From: Eubacteriales bacterium | GTDB taxonomy: Bacteria; Bacillota; Clostridia; Oscillospirales; CAG-272 | DNA: 64,000 nucleotides | Reading direction: 5' to 3' | Assembly: GCA_045632285.1 (NCBI GenBank) | Contig: JAZQWJ010000002.1 | Location: 5,155 to 69,154, forward strand | Part shown: piece by piece, positions 55,233-63,691 of the stretch | How positions within the stretch are numbered: position 1 is the stretch's first letter | Layout of the letters: each line of letters opens with the position of its first letter | The notes under the pieces: generated by a model | Seen by the model: the letters and a program-made list of their open reading frames with translations, nothing else | What the model was told of the DNA's origin: nothing | The model's database searches: none | Translations under genes and position numbers: made by a program

Positions 55233-56099
55233 TCATTTTCCTTCTTTCAAATAAATATAAGAGCTGACCAGCGCTGCGCGGGGCAGTGCGGCTGACAAAT
55301 AGGTGTGTAGTAACGCGGCTGAGTTCTCGCCGGCCGCTGTCAGCATAATGTGATAGGTGTATCCGTCCTCAAACGAGGGGTCCGGCAGAGAATCCACGCG
55401 GAACAGGTGCACGTTTGCACGCTCTGCAGCCATCAGCAGACGGGCCAATGCACCGTCATCCTGGCCGGACAGACGATATTCCAGCATCAATATACCGTCA
55501 GCTTTCGCATTGGGTCGATATTGCTTGGAGATCAGGGCAAAGCGCGATCGCGCGTCGCTTTCCTCAGAGCGGACGTCGCAAACATGGGTGACGTGCAGCT
55601 CAAGTCGGTCAAGCTCCTCGTAAAAATGCAAAAAACGCACACCCCTGGCATCCTCTATGGGGAGCAGGGCAAAATCGGCATTCCCGCTTGCCACCTCCTC
55701 CAACAGCTCGGATAAGGAGGAGAGGTAAACAGGTCTTACCGTTCCTAAAAGAGGCATAAAACGCTGCAGCGCCCGCTCAAACACGGCGCCCGCAAGGCGC
55801 GCCGTACGTGGTGCGGCGGGGGCGGCCTTCAGTTCTTCTGTGCGCGGCAGCGTAAGGGGGTGCGGCACACTTGTCAAAAGCGCCATACGCTCGTCCATTG
55901 CAACGGCATCTCGGTAAACGGCGGCTTGATCGTTACAAGGGGGGAGGGGAAGCGGCGGCAGAAGGCCGTCCTCACCAAGCGGAGGCGCGTCCTTGCCCAT
56001 TGTTGCGATCTGCAGCAGCCGCAGTTGCCGATTCTCCTCGGCGGCGCGGTGCCATATTTCTAAATTTTCAAGAGGGATGTTGCGGTCGGATCCTGCCAT
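55233..56099 (-). CDS. degenerate prephenate-dehydratase-like protein with C-terminal ACT-like domain
   Basis: Start at MAGSDR (AAGGAG 8 nt upstream); ADFALLPIEDARG resembles the PDT VDFAFVPLENS motif and SRFALIS resembles TRF; central PDT subdomain apparently missing. Confidence 0.4.
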   Translation of the reverse strand: MAGSDRNIPLENLEIWHRAAEENRQLRLLQIATMGKDAPPLGEDGLLPPLPLPPCNDQAAVYRDAVAMDERMALLTSVPHPLTLPRTEELKAAPAAPRTARLAGAVFERALQRFMPLLGTVRPVYLSSLSELLEEVASGNADFALLPIEDARGVRFLHFYEELDRLELHVTHVCDVRSEESDARSRFALISKQYRPNAKADGILMLEYRLSGQDDGALARLLMAAERANVHLFRVDSLPDPSFEDGYTYHIMLTAAGENSAALLHTYLSAALPRAALVSSYIYLKEGK

Positions 56100-56136
56100 G
56101 CTGCACGCTCCTTGCATTTGTCATCATTGAGAAAGT

Positions 56137-56165
56137 AGGGCCGATCGAATGCTTCGATCGGCCCT
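56137..56165 (-). terminator. possible terminator after the AI-2E fusion gene
   Basis: AGGGCCGATCGAA-TGC-TTCGATCGGCCCT, 13-bp stem; poor U tract. Confidence 0.45.
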
Positions 56166-56175
56166 TTAAAACGGA

Positions 56176-58281
56176 TCATTCCGTTACGTCAACGTGAAGC
56201 TCGGTCTCATCGTCGATGGTGATCTGCTTGGGATCGTGATCGTTATCGATAGTCGCGGTGCTGTCACGGCTGATAAGCGAGGAATTGTCGTTCAACTGCT
56301 GATGCGGCTGAATGATATCCTCCAGCAGGCTTCTGCGTTGCTTGTGCTGCTTGCGCTGCTTATAGGATTCAGCCATTTCTCTCAGCTCGATCTCAGCGGC
56401 GCGGATCTCGTCAGCAGACAGCGGGAAGGTGTGCAAAGAGTTGTAAAGGGTACACATCTGACAGTAGGCCTTCAGCACGCGGGCGCAGGCGATAAACGGG
56501 CCGACCACGGTCAAAAGGCCGGGGAGAGACCACAGCAGATAAAAGCGGCGCGAGACCACGCATTTGACGCCGTGCTCGGCGCAATAATCCCGCATACGAA
56601 CGATCAGCTTACAGTTCCAGATCAAGGGGAAAATGCCCAGTGTGATCACAGAGAACAAAACAAAGGGCAACAGACCCCACGTACGCTTGCCGTCCTTGCG
56701 GCAGGCAATGTTGGTGGTCTGGGCCATATGATCGATCAGGTGGAAGGGGTAGAGAAGCAGTGTAAAGATAGATAAGAAGAAGGTGCGCCAGAACGTACGG
56801 TTTGTGGCCATACCGCGTTGTGCAATGTCGCGGAAGGCGGGGGTCGTCTGGTCCTCGGGGATGGGCTTAACGGCAAACAGGCGCTGGAAGAAATGGCCAA
56901 TGCCAAGAAAGAATATGCGAATGCCGCGGCCGATGGAATGGCGCTTGGAGGGGGTGTAGTCCACGCCGGCTACCTCGGTCTCTACCGAGGCGACCCAGCC
57001 AACAAAGCGTTGGGTCAGGGTCCTGTCCTCCTTGGCCTCATCGTGGGGCTTGATAAAGGAGTGGGCGGGGTAATAACGTCGCAGTGCGGTGGGCTCTCCC
57101 TTTTTCTCCAATCTGGCCTTGATAAAGTCATCCAAAATAACCATCAGCAGTGCAAAGATCGGCACACCGATCAGCATACCGGCAATGCCCATAATATCGC
57201 TCATCACCGTAATGGCAATGATAACGCCAAGCGAGGAGAGACCGGTCTTTTCACCCAGAATGATGGGGGCGATCAGGTTTCCGTCGATCTGTTGGACAAC
57301 AAGGATCAACAGCACGAACAGGATCAGCTTTGCGGGGTCGGCCAAAAAGATGATCACGCCGGAAGGGATGGCGCCGAGGAAGGGGCCAAAGAAGGGGATA
57401 AAGTCGGTAACGCCGATGATAACGGCGATCAGCATAAAGTAGGGGATGTCAAAAAAGAAGAACAGTATCATGCAGACCAGCATGACCATCATAGAGTCTA
57501 TGGCCTTGCCTACCATATAACCACCGATCTTGGTATGTGCCTGTCCAACGTAGTAAAGCACCTTATCCTCGGCCTTTCGGGGGAGCAGGGCGCGCAGCAC
57601 GCGGTGGAAGCCTGCGTTCAGGCGTTCCTTGGAGAGCAGCACGTAGACCGAGATGAAAAGACCGACAAAAACGTTGACCAATGCATCTACGGCAACGCCG
57701 GCCGCGTTAAAGATCATATCGGTCAGCTTAGAGGAACCGTCCTCGTTTTCAAAAAAGTTGACCACGAAGTCACGCAAGCGGTTAAACAGCTTATCGGGCG
57801 AGGATAGATACTGCTCTTGAAACGTATCCACAAATTCCCAGTTGAATTTATCAAGGAACTGATTGATGCGGTTCAGCGTATCGGTGATAAAGCGCATCGC
57901 GTTGTTGCTGAACTCTTTAATGCTTGTCACCAGCTCAGGGACGATCAACAGGAAAATGCCACCGATGATCGCCAGCATCAGCACGTAAGAAAGCACCATA
58001 GAAATGGCGCGGTTCAATCGACGTCTTTTGATCTTGTTGTGCAGCTTATACTCAAAAAATCGCAGGAAAAAGTTGACGAAATAAGCAATTACCAAGCCAA
58101 TGATCACAGGGGTGAAGATTGAAAGGAGCGTGCCGATAGGAGAGAGGATGGTGGATGTGTTGATCAAGACCAACACCAGCAAAATGCCAAGCAACAAAAG
58201 GGGGATCCACCTTCTGTTGTCCTTTTGCGGCTTTTGCGGCATGGGCGCTTCTTGATTTTGTCGGTTGTCCAAGTCTTGCAT
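56176..58281 (-). CDS. AI-2E (PerM/UPF0118) family transporter fused to a C-terminal DUF4234-like membrane module and acidic tail
   Basis: 701 aa; the N-terminal ~400 aa have the AI-2E profile (FIPFFGPFLGAIPSGVIIFL); the C-terminal part has paired motifs FLSIFTLLLYPFHL / FSVITLGIFPLIW. Confidence 0.6.
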   Translation of the reverse strand: MQDLDNRQNQEAPMPQKPQKDNRRWIPLLLLGILLVLVLINTSTILSPIGTLLSIFTPVIIGLVIAYFVNFFLRFFEYKLHNKIKRRRLNRAISMVLSYVLMLAIIGGIFLLIVPELVTSIKEFSNNAMRFITDTLNRINQFLDKFNWEFVDTFQEQYLSSPDKLFNRLRDFVVNFFENEDGSSKLTDMIFNAAGVAVDALVNVFVGLFISVYVLLSKERLNAGFHRVLRALLPRKAEDKVLYYVGQAHTKIGGYMVGKAIDSMMVMLVCMILFFFFDIPYFMLIAVIIGVTDFIPFFGPFLGAIPSGVIIFLADPAKLILFVLLILVVQQIDGNLIAPIILGEKTGLSSLGVIIAITVMSDIMGIAGMLIGVPIFALLMVILDDFIKARLEKKGEPTALRRYYPAHSFIKPHDEAKEDRTLTQRFVGWVASVETEVAGVDYTPSKRHSIGRGIRIFFLGIGHFFQRLFAVKPIPEDQTTPAFRDIAQRGMATNRTFWRTFFLSIFTLLLYPFHLIDHMAQTTNIACRKDGKRTWGLLPFVLFSVITLGIFPLIWNCKLIVRMRDYCAEHGVKCVVSRRFYLLWSLPGLLTVVGPFIACARVLKAYCQMCTLYNSLHTFPLSADEIRAAEIELREMAESYKQRKQHKQRRSLLEDIIQPHQQLNDNSSLISRDSTATIDNDHDPKQITIDDETELHVDVTE

Positions 58282-58344
58282 AGACAGCCTCCTTCCTTAC
58301 GGGGTAATAAATAAACGATGCAGATAAAAGTATATGTAATATAT

Positions 58345-58372
58345 ATTATACGCATTTTAAGCGTTTCGTCAA
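58345..58372 (-). promoter_or_regulatory. candidate promoter of the AI-2E fusion gene
   Basis: Minus strand TTGACG-16 nt-TATAAT. Confidence 0.4.
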
Positions 58373-58420
58373 GTTAAAAATTTCGCCAAACGAAAAAAAT
58401 TACAAATTATTGTCGGTTTA

Positions 58421-58450
58421 TTGATTTTTTAGGCATATTTGTGCTATAAT
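58421..58450 (+). promoter_or_regulatory. sigma-A promoter of ispE
   Basis: TTGATT-18 nt-TATAAT with TGC extended -10. Confidence 0.5.
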
Positions 58451-58473
58451 ACGGGTAAAAAGGAGGTGGGATC

Positions 58474-59343
58474 GTGACCGAGATCACAGTCAAGGCAAAT
58501 GCCAAGGTCAATTTGTATTTAACCGTTACGGGTAAAAGAGAAAACGGATATCACGATCTTGTCACCGTAATGCAGAGCGTGTCGCTGCACGACGCCCTGA
58601 CCGTAAGGCGTACGGCGCAAGAAGGGCTTTGGTTGGATACAGGGGGAGCCCTGCCCGCCGACGACAGCAACCTGATCTGCCGCGCCGCCAAGGCCTATTT
58701 TGCCAAAAGCGGCAAGCCCTTCGGCGTGTCGGTCAAGCTGGAAAAGCGCATTCCGATGCAGGCGGGGATGGGGGGCGGCTCGGCCGATGCCGCCGCTATG
58801 CTCCGCGCACTGAATACCCTTGACGGCAACCGCTTTACCGAGGCCGTACTGTGTGAGATCGGTGCGGGGCTGGGTGCCGACGTGCCCTTTTGCGTGGTGG
58901 GAGGCACCCGCCTTTGCTGCGGCATCGGTGAGGTGATGGAGCCGATCGCAAACAATTTGCAGGGAACGCTGGTGGTGGCCATCGGGGGAGAGGGCGTTTC
59001 TACGCCCGCGGCCTTTCGGGAGCTGGATCGCCGCTACGGCGATTTTGCGCAAGAAAACGAAAAAAGCGCACCCGTTGCGCTACTAAATGCAATGGCCGAT
59101 GGCGATCTTGACGTTGCCGCGCCCTGCTTTTACAATATGTTTGAGGAGGTCATCGAGCCGATCCGTCCTCACGTTGGTCAATTGAAATCTATTCTGCGCC
59201 AAAACGGTGCTGTAGCCACGATGATGAGCGGCAGCGGCCCCTCTGTGTGGGGGATATTTGAAACCCCCGATGCAGCGGAGCGGGCCAAGGAGGCGCTCGT
59301 CGCCGCAGGTGCCCGTGCATACACCTGCGAGATGATAAGATAG
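58474..59343 (+). CDS. ispE: 4-(cytidine 5'-diphospho)-2-C-methyl-D-erythritol kinase
   Basis: AKVNLYL N-terminus and GHMP motif PMQAGMGGGSADAAA; GTG 7 nt after AAAGGAGG. Confidence 0.9.
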   Translation: MTEITVKANAKVNLYLTVTGKRENGYHDLVTVMQSVSLHDALTVRRTAQEGLWLDTGGALPADDSNLICRAAKAYFAKSGKPFGVSVKLEKRIPMQAGMGGGSADAAAMLRALNTLDGNRFTEAVLCEIGAGLGADVPFCVVGGTRLCCGIGEVMEPIANNLQGTLVVAIGGEGVSTPAAFRELDRRYGDFAQENEKSAPVALLNAMADGDLDVAAPCFYNMFEEVIEPIRPHVGQLKSILRQNGAVATMMSGSGPSVWGIFETPDAAERAKEALVAAGARAYTCEMIR

Positions 59344-59357
59344 GAGAAAAAACAAAA

Positions 59358-61187
59358 ATGGAAAATCTTATCCAAAAAAGCTATGATCTGATCGTGGTGG
59401 GCGGTGGTCTTACCGGCCTTTGTGCCGCCATGGCCGCGGCCAGATACGGTACCAGGGTGGCACTGATCCAGGATCGCCCCGTGCTTGGCGGCAACGCCGG
59501 AAGCGAGATCCGTATGCACGTGTGCGGTGCAACTGCCAATATGAAAAAGCCCGATCTTGCCGAAGGCGGTATTCTGCATGAGCTGATGCTTTCCAACAAG
59601 CGGGTCAACGACAGCTATAATTTTTCCATCTGGGATGCGGTGCTGTTTGATGCCGCAAAGCGCGAAGAAAACCTGACACTTTATCTTAATACCACAATGT
59701 TCGGTGTGAAGGCTGAGAGGGGTGTCGTTCGTGAGATCGAGGCCTATCAGATGACCACCGAGACCCGTCTGCTTCTCACAGCCCGCTTTTTTGCCGATTG
59801 CACGGGAAACGGTACCCTTGCGGCCTTTGCGGGAGCCGAATTCCGCACAGGCAGCGAGGCAAAGGCCGAATTTGGCGAAAAACACGCTCCCGAGCAGGCA
59901 AACAAGGATCGTATGGGCAACACGTTGCTCTTTAAGGCCGCCGATCGTGGCCGCCCTGTGCCCTTTGTGCCGCCTGTTGATGTCATGCATTTTACCGAGG
60001 AGCAGCTGAAATACCGCAAGCACTCTTTGGAGATCCCCAAGGAAATATTGGAAAGCACCACCGAGGAGGAGCGCCGTATGCTCTTTGACGGCTATGCTCA
60101 GGATTACGGCTACTGGTGGATCGAGATCCCCGGTGAAACCGATAATATCATCGAGGAGTATGAGGAGATCCGCGATCAGCTTGTACGCGCTGTTTACGGT
60201 GTGTGGGATCACATCAAAAACGGCGGCGATCACGGGGCGGAGAATTTTGAGCTTACCTGGGTGGGTATGCTGCCGGGTACCAGAGAGAGCCGCCGCTTGG
60301 AGTGCGACTATATGCTCTGCGAGAACGATCTGCTGGAAAGCCGTCGCTTTGATGATGCCGTGGCCTACGGCGGCTGGCACATTGACAATCACGTGGGGCT
60401 GTTCAAGTTCGATCAGATCCCGTCCTTTGTCTACGACGTGCCCGGTTCTTATGATATTCCGTATCGCTCCTATTGCGTGAAGGGCTTCAAAAATCTGTTT
60501 GCGGGCGGTCGTTGCATGGGAGCCACGAAGCTGGCTATGGCCAGCTCCCGCGTCATGGGTACCTGCGCCATTGGCGGTCAGGCCATTGGCATTGCTTCGG
60601 CTCAACTGATCAAAAACGGCAAGAGCGATGTGCGCGAGGCAGATATTGCCGCCCTGCAGCAGACCCTGCTGCGTGACGATTGCTACCTGCCCGAGCGCGT
60701 CAATACCGATGCGGCCGATCTTGCCCGTGCCGCCAAGGTGAGCGCTACCAGCGCTCAAGCGGGATACGGTGCCGCCAACGTGATCAACGGCACCTCCCGC
60801 AGAGTAGGGGAGCAGACCAACGCCTGGCGCTCTGCGGGGATCTCCGAGAGCGGAGAGACCTTGACGCTGCACCTTGCCGCCCCCGCCAAGGTGGGTACCG
60901 TGCAGCTGACCCTTGACTCCAATTTCGATCTGGAAAAGAAGATCACCCTGTCCTCCCGCCGCCAGAAGCAGCAGGTTCCGGGTGTTCCCGAGGAGCTTGT
61001 CAAGGATTTTGATGTGATCCTGTATCGCAACGGCGAGACGGTCGACCAAAAGCAGGTGAGAGGGAATTATCAACGCCTTTGCCGCGTGGCCTTTGATGGG
61101 GCGGAAAGCGACACCGTCGCGATCCGTGTGCTTACCACCAACGGTACCCCCGATGCCCGCGTATTTGAGGTCAGAATTTATGAATAA
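59358..61187 (+). CDS. FAD-dependent oxidoreductase with C-terminal discoidin/CBM32-like domain
   Basis: Dinucleotide fold YDLIVVGGGLTGLCAAMAAARYG...GGNAGSE; C-terminal beta-sandwich-like segment (SATSAQAGYGAANVINGT...NAWRS). Confidence 0.6.
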   Translation: MENLIQKSYDLIVVGGGLTGLCAAMAAARYGTRVALIQDRPVLGGNAGSEIRMHVCGATANMKKPDLAEGGILHELMLSNKRVNDSYNFSIWDAVLFDAAKREENLTLYLNTTMFGVKAERGVVREIEAYQMTTETRLLLTARFFADCTGNGTLAAFAGAEFRTGSEAKAEFGEKHAPEQANKDRMGNTLLFKAADRGRPVPFVPPVDVMHFTEEQLKYRKHSLEIPKEILESTTEEERRMLFDGYAQDYGYWWIEIPGETDNIIEEYEEIRDQLVRAVYGVWDHIKNGGDHGAENFELTWVGMLPGTRESRRLECDYMLCENDLLESRRFDDAVAYGGWHIDNHVGLFKFDQIPSFVYDVPGSYDIPYRSYCVKGFKNLFAGGRCMGATKLAMASSRVMGTCAIGGQAIGIASAQLIKNGKSDVREADIAALQQTLLRDDCYLPERVNTDAADLARAAKVSATSAQAGYGAANVINGTSRRVGEQTNAWRSAGISESGETLTLHLAAPAKVGTVQLTLDSNFDLEKKITLSSRRQKQQVPGVPEELVKDFDVILYRNGETVDQKQVRGNYQRLCRVAFDGAESDTVAIRVLTTNGTPDARVFEVRIYE

Positions 61188-61227
61188 GCAAAGGCTCCGC
61201 GCATTTGCGCGGAGCCTTTGCTTATTC
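61182..61227. terminator. bidirectional terminator hairpin spanning both stop codons (FAD oxidoreductase / S1 gene)
   Basis: 21-bp perfect stem GAATAAGCAAAGGCTCCGCGC-ATTT-GCGCGGAGCCTTTGCTTATTC. Confidence 0.7.
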
Positions 61228-62178
61228 AAACACCGTTTCCACCACCTTGGGGCAGTCTGTGGGAGAGTATAGCCATCGCTTGATATGCGTGACCTCCTTC
61301 ACGTCTGTAAAGTAGTGGGGAAGTTCCGGGAATTCTGCTTCGGGGTGCGCGTCTATGATCACCAATTTCACCTTCATGCGCTCGGGCAGAATGCTTTTGA
61401 TGTATACTGCCGCAAGGTCGCCCACTGCCGCCTTGATGGGGGCGCCCGTGCTGCAGCGCAGCTCGGCAAGTCCCGCCAGATTTGGGGCAAGCTCCACAAA
61501 AATGCCATAGCTTTCAATACTGCGTATGCGCCCCGTTACGGTCTGACCCGGCTCAAAGCGCGCGGCGTTTTCCTCCCACGTGCCAAGCAGCTCCTTCAGC
61601 GAAACAAAAATGCGACCCAACTCGCGGTCAATGCTTTTGACCACCACGTAAAGCAGCATCCCGCAAGCCAACCGCTCGCGCGGATGCGTGATGCGTGAGA
61701 CCGAAATGCAGTCGATCGAGAGCAGGGAAGCAATGCCGCACCCGATGTCTACAAAGGCTCCGTAATTTTCCAAATGCGTGACACGCGCGGGGAGCACGTC
61801 ACCCGGGCGCAGCGTTTCAAACAGAGCGGCGGCACATTCGGCCTGTGCCGCACGGCGAGAAAGCAGGGCATAACGCTCTTTTCCCACGTCGCGAAAGCCA
61901 ACGATCTTAAAGGAAACCGGCTTTCCGACACGTGTGATGACAGCGATATCCTTTGGAATCTCCCCGGGGCGGCACCATACGGCCTCCTCGCGTTCAATAA
62001 TACCGCGCATACAGCCAAGCTCTACGTGCAAGCGCATTTGATTGTCACAAAGCACCGCAGGCGCTTCTAATATCATCCCCGTTTGCTTGGCGTGCTCCAA
62101 TCCCTCTACCGAGGCAAGCGCCTCTGTGTTTTCTGCTGTCGCCCACCGCATTCCCTCCGGGCTGTATGTAAGCGTCAT
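61222..62178 (-). CDS. S1 RNA-binding domain protein (multiple S1 repeats)
   Basis: S1 signatures GDVLPARVTHLENYGAFVDIG and GQTVTGRIRSIESYGIFVELA. Confidence 0.75.
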   Translation of the reverse strand: MTLTYSPEGMRWATAENTEALASVEGLEHAKQTGMILEAPAVLCDNQMRLHVELGCMRGIIEREEAVWCRPGEIPKDIAVITRVGKPVSFKIVGFRDVGKERYALLSRRAAQAECAAALFETLRPGDVLPARVTHLENYGAFVDIGCGIASLLSIDCISVSRITHPRERLACGMLLYVVVKSIDRELGRIFVSLKELLGTWEENAARFEPGQTVTGRIRSIESYGIFVELAPNLAGLAELRCSTGAPIKAAVGDLAAVYIKSILPERMKVKLVIIDAHPEAEFPELPHYFTDVKEVTHIKRWLYSPTDCPKVVETVFE

Positions 62179-62352
62179 ATTTTATACCTCCTTCAGGCAT
62201 TTGCTCCATCTTATGCCCAATGGCGAAAAAGTATCACAAAATTTTTTTGATATGGCGAATTAGAAAAAACGAGGAAATGATATGAAAAAGCGAGAAAAAA
62301 CGAGGTTGCATATTGCTAAATCAAAATAATCGAATTTTTTTCAAAAAAGGGG

Positions 62353-62381
62353 TTGACAAGAAGGGGGCTCTGTGATATAAT
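62353..62381 (+). promoter_or_regulatory. sigma-A promoter of rplM-rpsI
   Basis: TTGACA-17 nt-TATAAT, exact consensus with TGA extended -10. Confidence 0.7.
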
Positions 62382-62426
62382 GTGCAAGTCCGAAAAAATT
62401 AAACGATAAATCTGGAGGAAATTGCA

Positions 62427-62849
62427 ATGTCTACTTTTATGGCAAAGGTTGAGACCGTTGAGCGCAAGTGGTACGTCATTGACGCTGCCAACAAGCCCCT
62501 TGGTAAGACCGCTGTTGCTGCTGCAAACATTCTGCGCGGCAAGCATCGCCCCGAGTTCACTCCCCACGTTGACTGCGGCGAGTTCGTTATCATCATCAAT
62601 GCTGATAAGGCTGTTCTGACCGGCAAGAAGCTGGAGCAGAAGTACTATCACCACCATTCCGGCTACATTGGCGGTATGAAGTCCATTCAGTACAAGACTC
62701 TGATGGCTACCCGTCCCGAGAAGGCTATGGAGTTGGCTGTAAAGGGTATGCTCCCTCACAATTCCATCGGTGCTAAGGCATTCACCCGTCTTAAGGTCTA
62801 TGCAGGTGCCGCTCACAATCACGCAGCTCAGCAGCCCATCGAGCTGTAA
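62427..62849 (+). CDS. rplM: 50S ribosomal protein L13
   Basis: [43 protein letters not shown]. Confidence 0.95.
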   Translation: MSTFMAKVETVERKWYVIDAANKPLGKTAVAAANILRGKHRPEFTPHVDCGEFVIIINADKAVLTGKKLEQKYYHHHSGYIGGMKSIQYKTLMATRPEKAMELAVKGMLPHNSIGAKAFTRLKVYAGAAHNHAAQQPIEL

Positions 62850-62873
62850 TCTCGGAAAGGACGGTATTTAGAT

Positions 62874-63275
62874 ATGTATACTAGTGCAAAGCCCTATTTC
62901 TACGGCACCGGCAGAAGAAAGAAGTCCGTTGCTCGCGTTCGCATCGTTCCCGGTACCGGTGTTATCACCATCAATGGCCGTGATATCGACGATTACTTCG
63001 GTCTCGAGACCCTGAAGCTGATCGTTAACCAGCCCTTTGGCGTAACCGGCACCGCCGGCAAGTTTGATATCATCACCACCGTTACCGGTGGCGGTATCTC
63101 CGGCCAGGCAGGCGCTATCCGCCACGGTCTTGCCCGCGCTCTGCTGCAGGCTGACCCCAACTACCGTGCTGCTCTCAAGGCTGCAGGCTTCCTGCGCCGC
63201 GATCCTCGTATGAAGGAAAGAAAGAAGTACGGCCTCAAGGCTGCACGTCGTGCACCCCAGTTCTCCAAGAGATAA
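62874..63275 (+). CDS. rpsI: 30S ribosomal protein S9
   Basis: [48 protein letters not shown]. Confidence 0.95.
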   Translation: MYTSAKPYFYGTGRRKKSVARVRIVPGTGVITINGRDIDDYFGLETLKLIVNQPFGVTGTAGKFDIITTVTGGGISGQAGAIRHGLARALLQADPNYRAALKAAGFLRRDPRMKERKKYGLKAARRAPQFSKR

Positions 63276-63299
63276 TTTCGACCTTTGGTCGGAACTTGC

Positions 63300-63332
63300 A
63301 AAAAATGCCCTGCTTCGACAGGGCATTTTTTG
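63300..63332 (+). terminator. intrinsic terminator after rpsI
   Basis: AAAAATGCCCTG-CTTCGA-CAGGGCATTTTTT. Confidence 0.8.
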
Positions 63333-63349
63333 TTATCTCTTGGAGAACA

Positions 63350-63492
63350 GTTATGATTGCTTTACGGCAAGTTATCAGTTTAGATTGGCTACGCCAAGAT
63401 ATGATGCCCTGATGGGCAGTTTGAAGTAACAAAGGCAATCATATCATAACGTGCTGTAGGCACTCATAACTTTTGCGGAGCAAAATCATAAC
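63350..63492. repeat. array of TCATAAC/GTTATGA heptamers alternating with short hairpins
   Basis: GTTATGA 63350, GTTATCA 63371 (hairpin TTGC/GCAA between them); TCATAAC at 63444, 63464, 63486 separated by hairpins GTGC-TGTAG-GCAC and TTTTGC-GGA-GCAAAA. Confidence 0.6.
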
Positions 63493-63691
63493 TCTAAACT
63501 CTTCACATTTTCAAAGAATACAAAGCCAAGTGCCTTAGAGGATCGAGCGTGATATTTCACGATATCAAACGGTGTTTTGCGGTTTTTGATCGTTTGGCCC
63601 GGTTTTACAATTTAAGGGCCTTTGTGTCAATGACTTGGGCCCATAACTGTGTTATAATGGGAGTATAATCACGTAAAAAGGAGGAGTAGCT

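Noticed and set aside
59178-61229. 683-aa minus-strand ORF
   Set aside because: It is antisense to the FAD-dependent oxidoreductase and the ispE 3' end, with low-complexity Gly/Ala/His content. It is a shadow ORF, as is 56818-57807 opposite the AI-2E gene.
63333-63691. Mobile element, insertion sequence or prophage boundary after rpsI
   Set aside because: The low GC content and hairpin-flanked repeats suggested an IS end. However, there is no transposase or integrase ORF, no clear terminal inverted repeats and no target-site duplication. It is kept only as a repeat-array finding.
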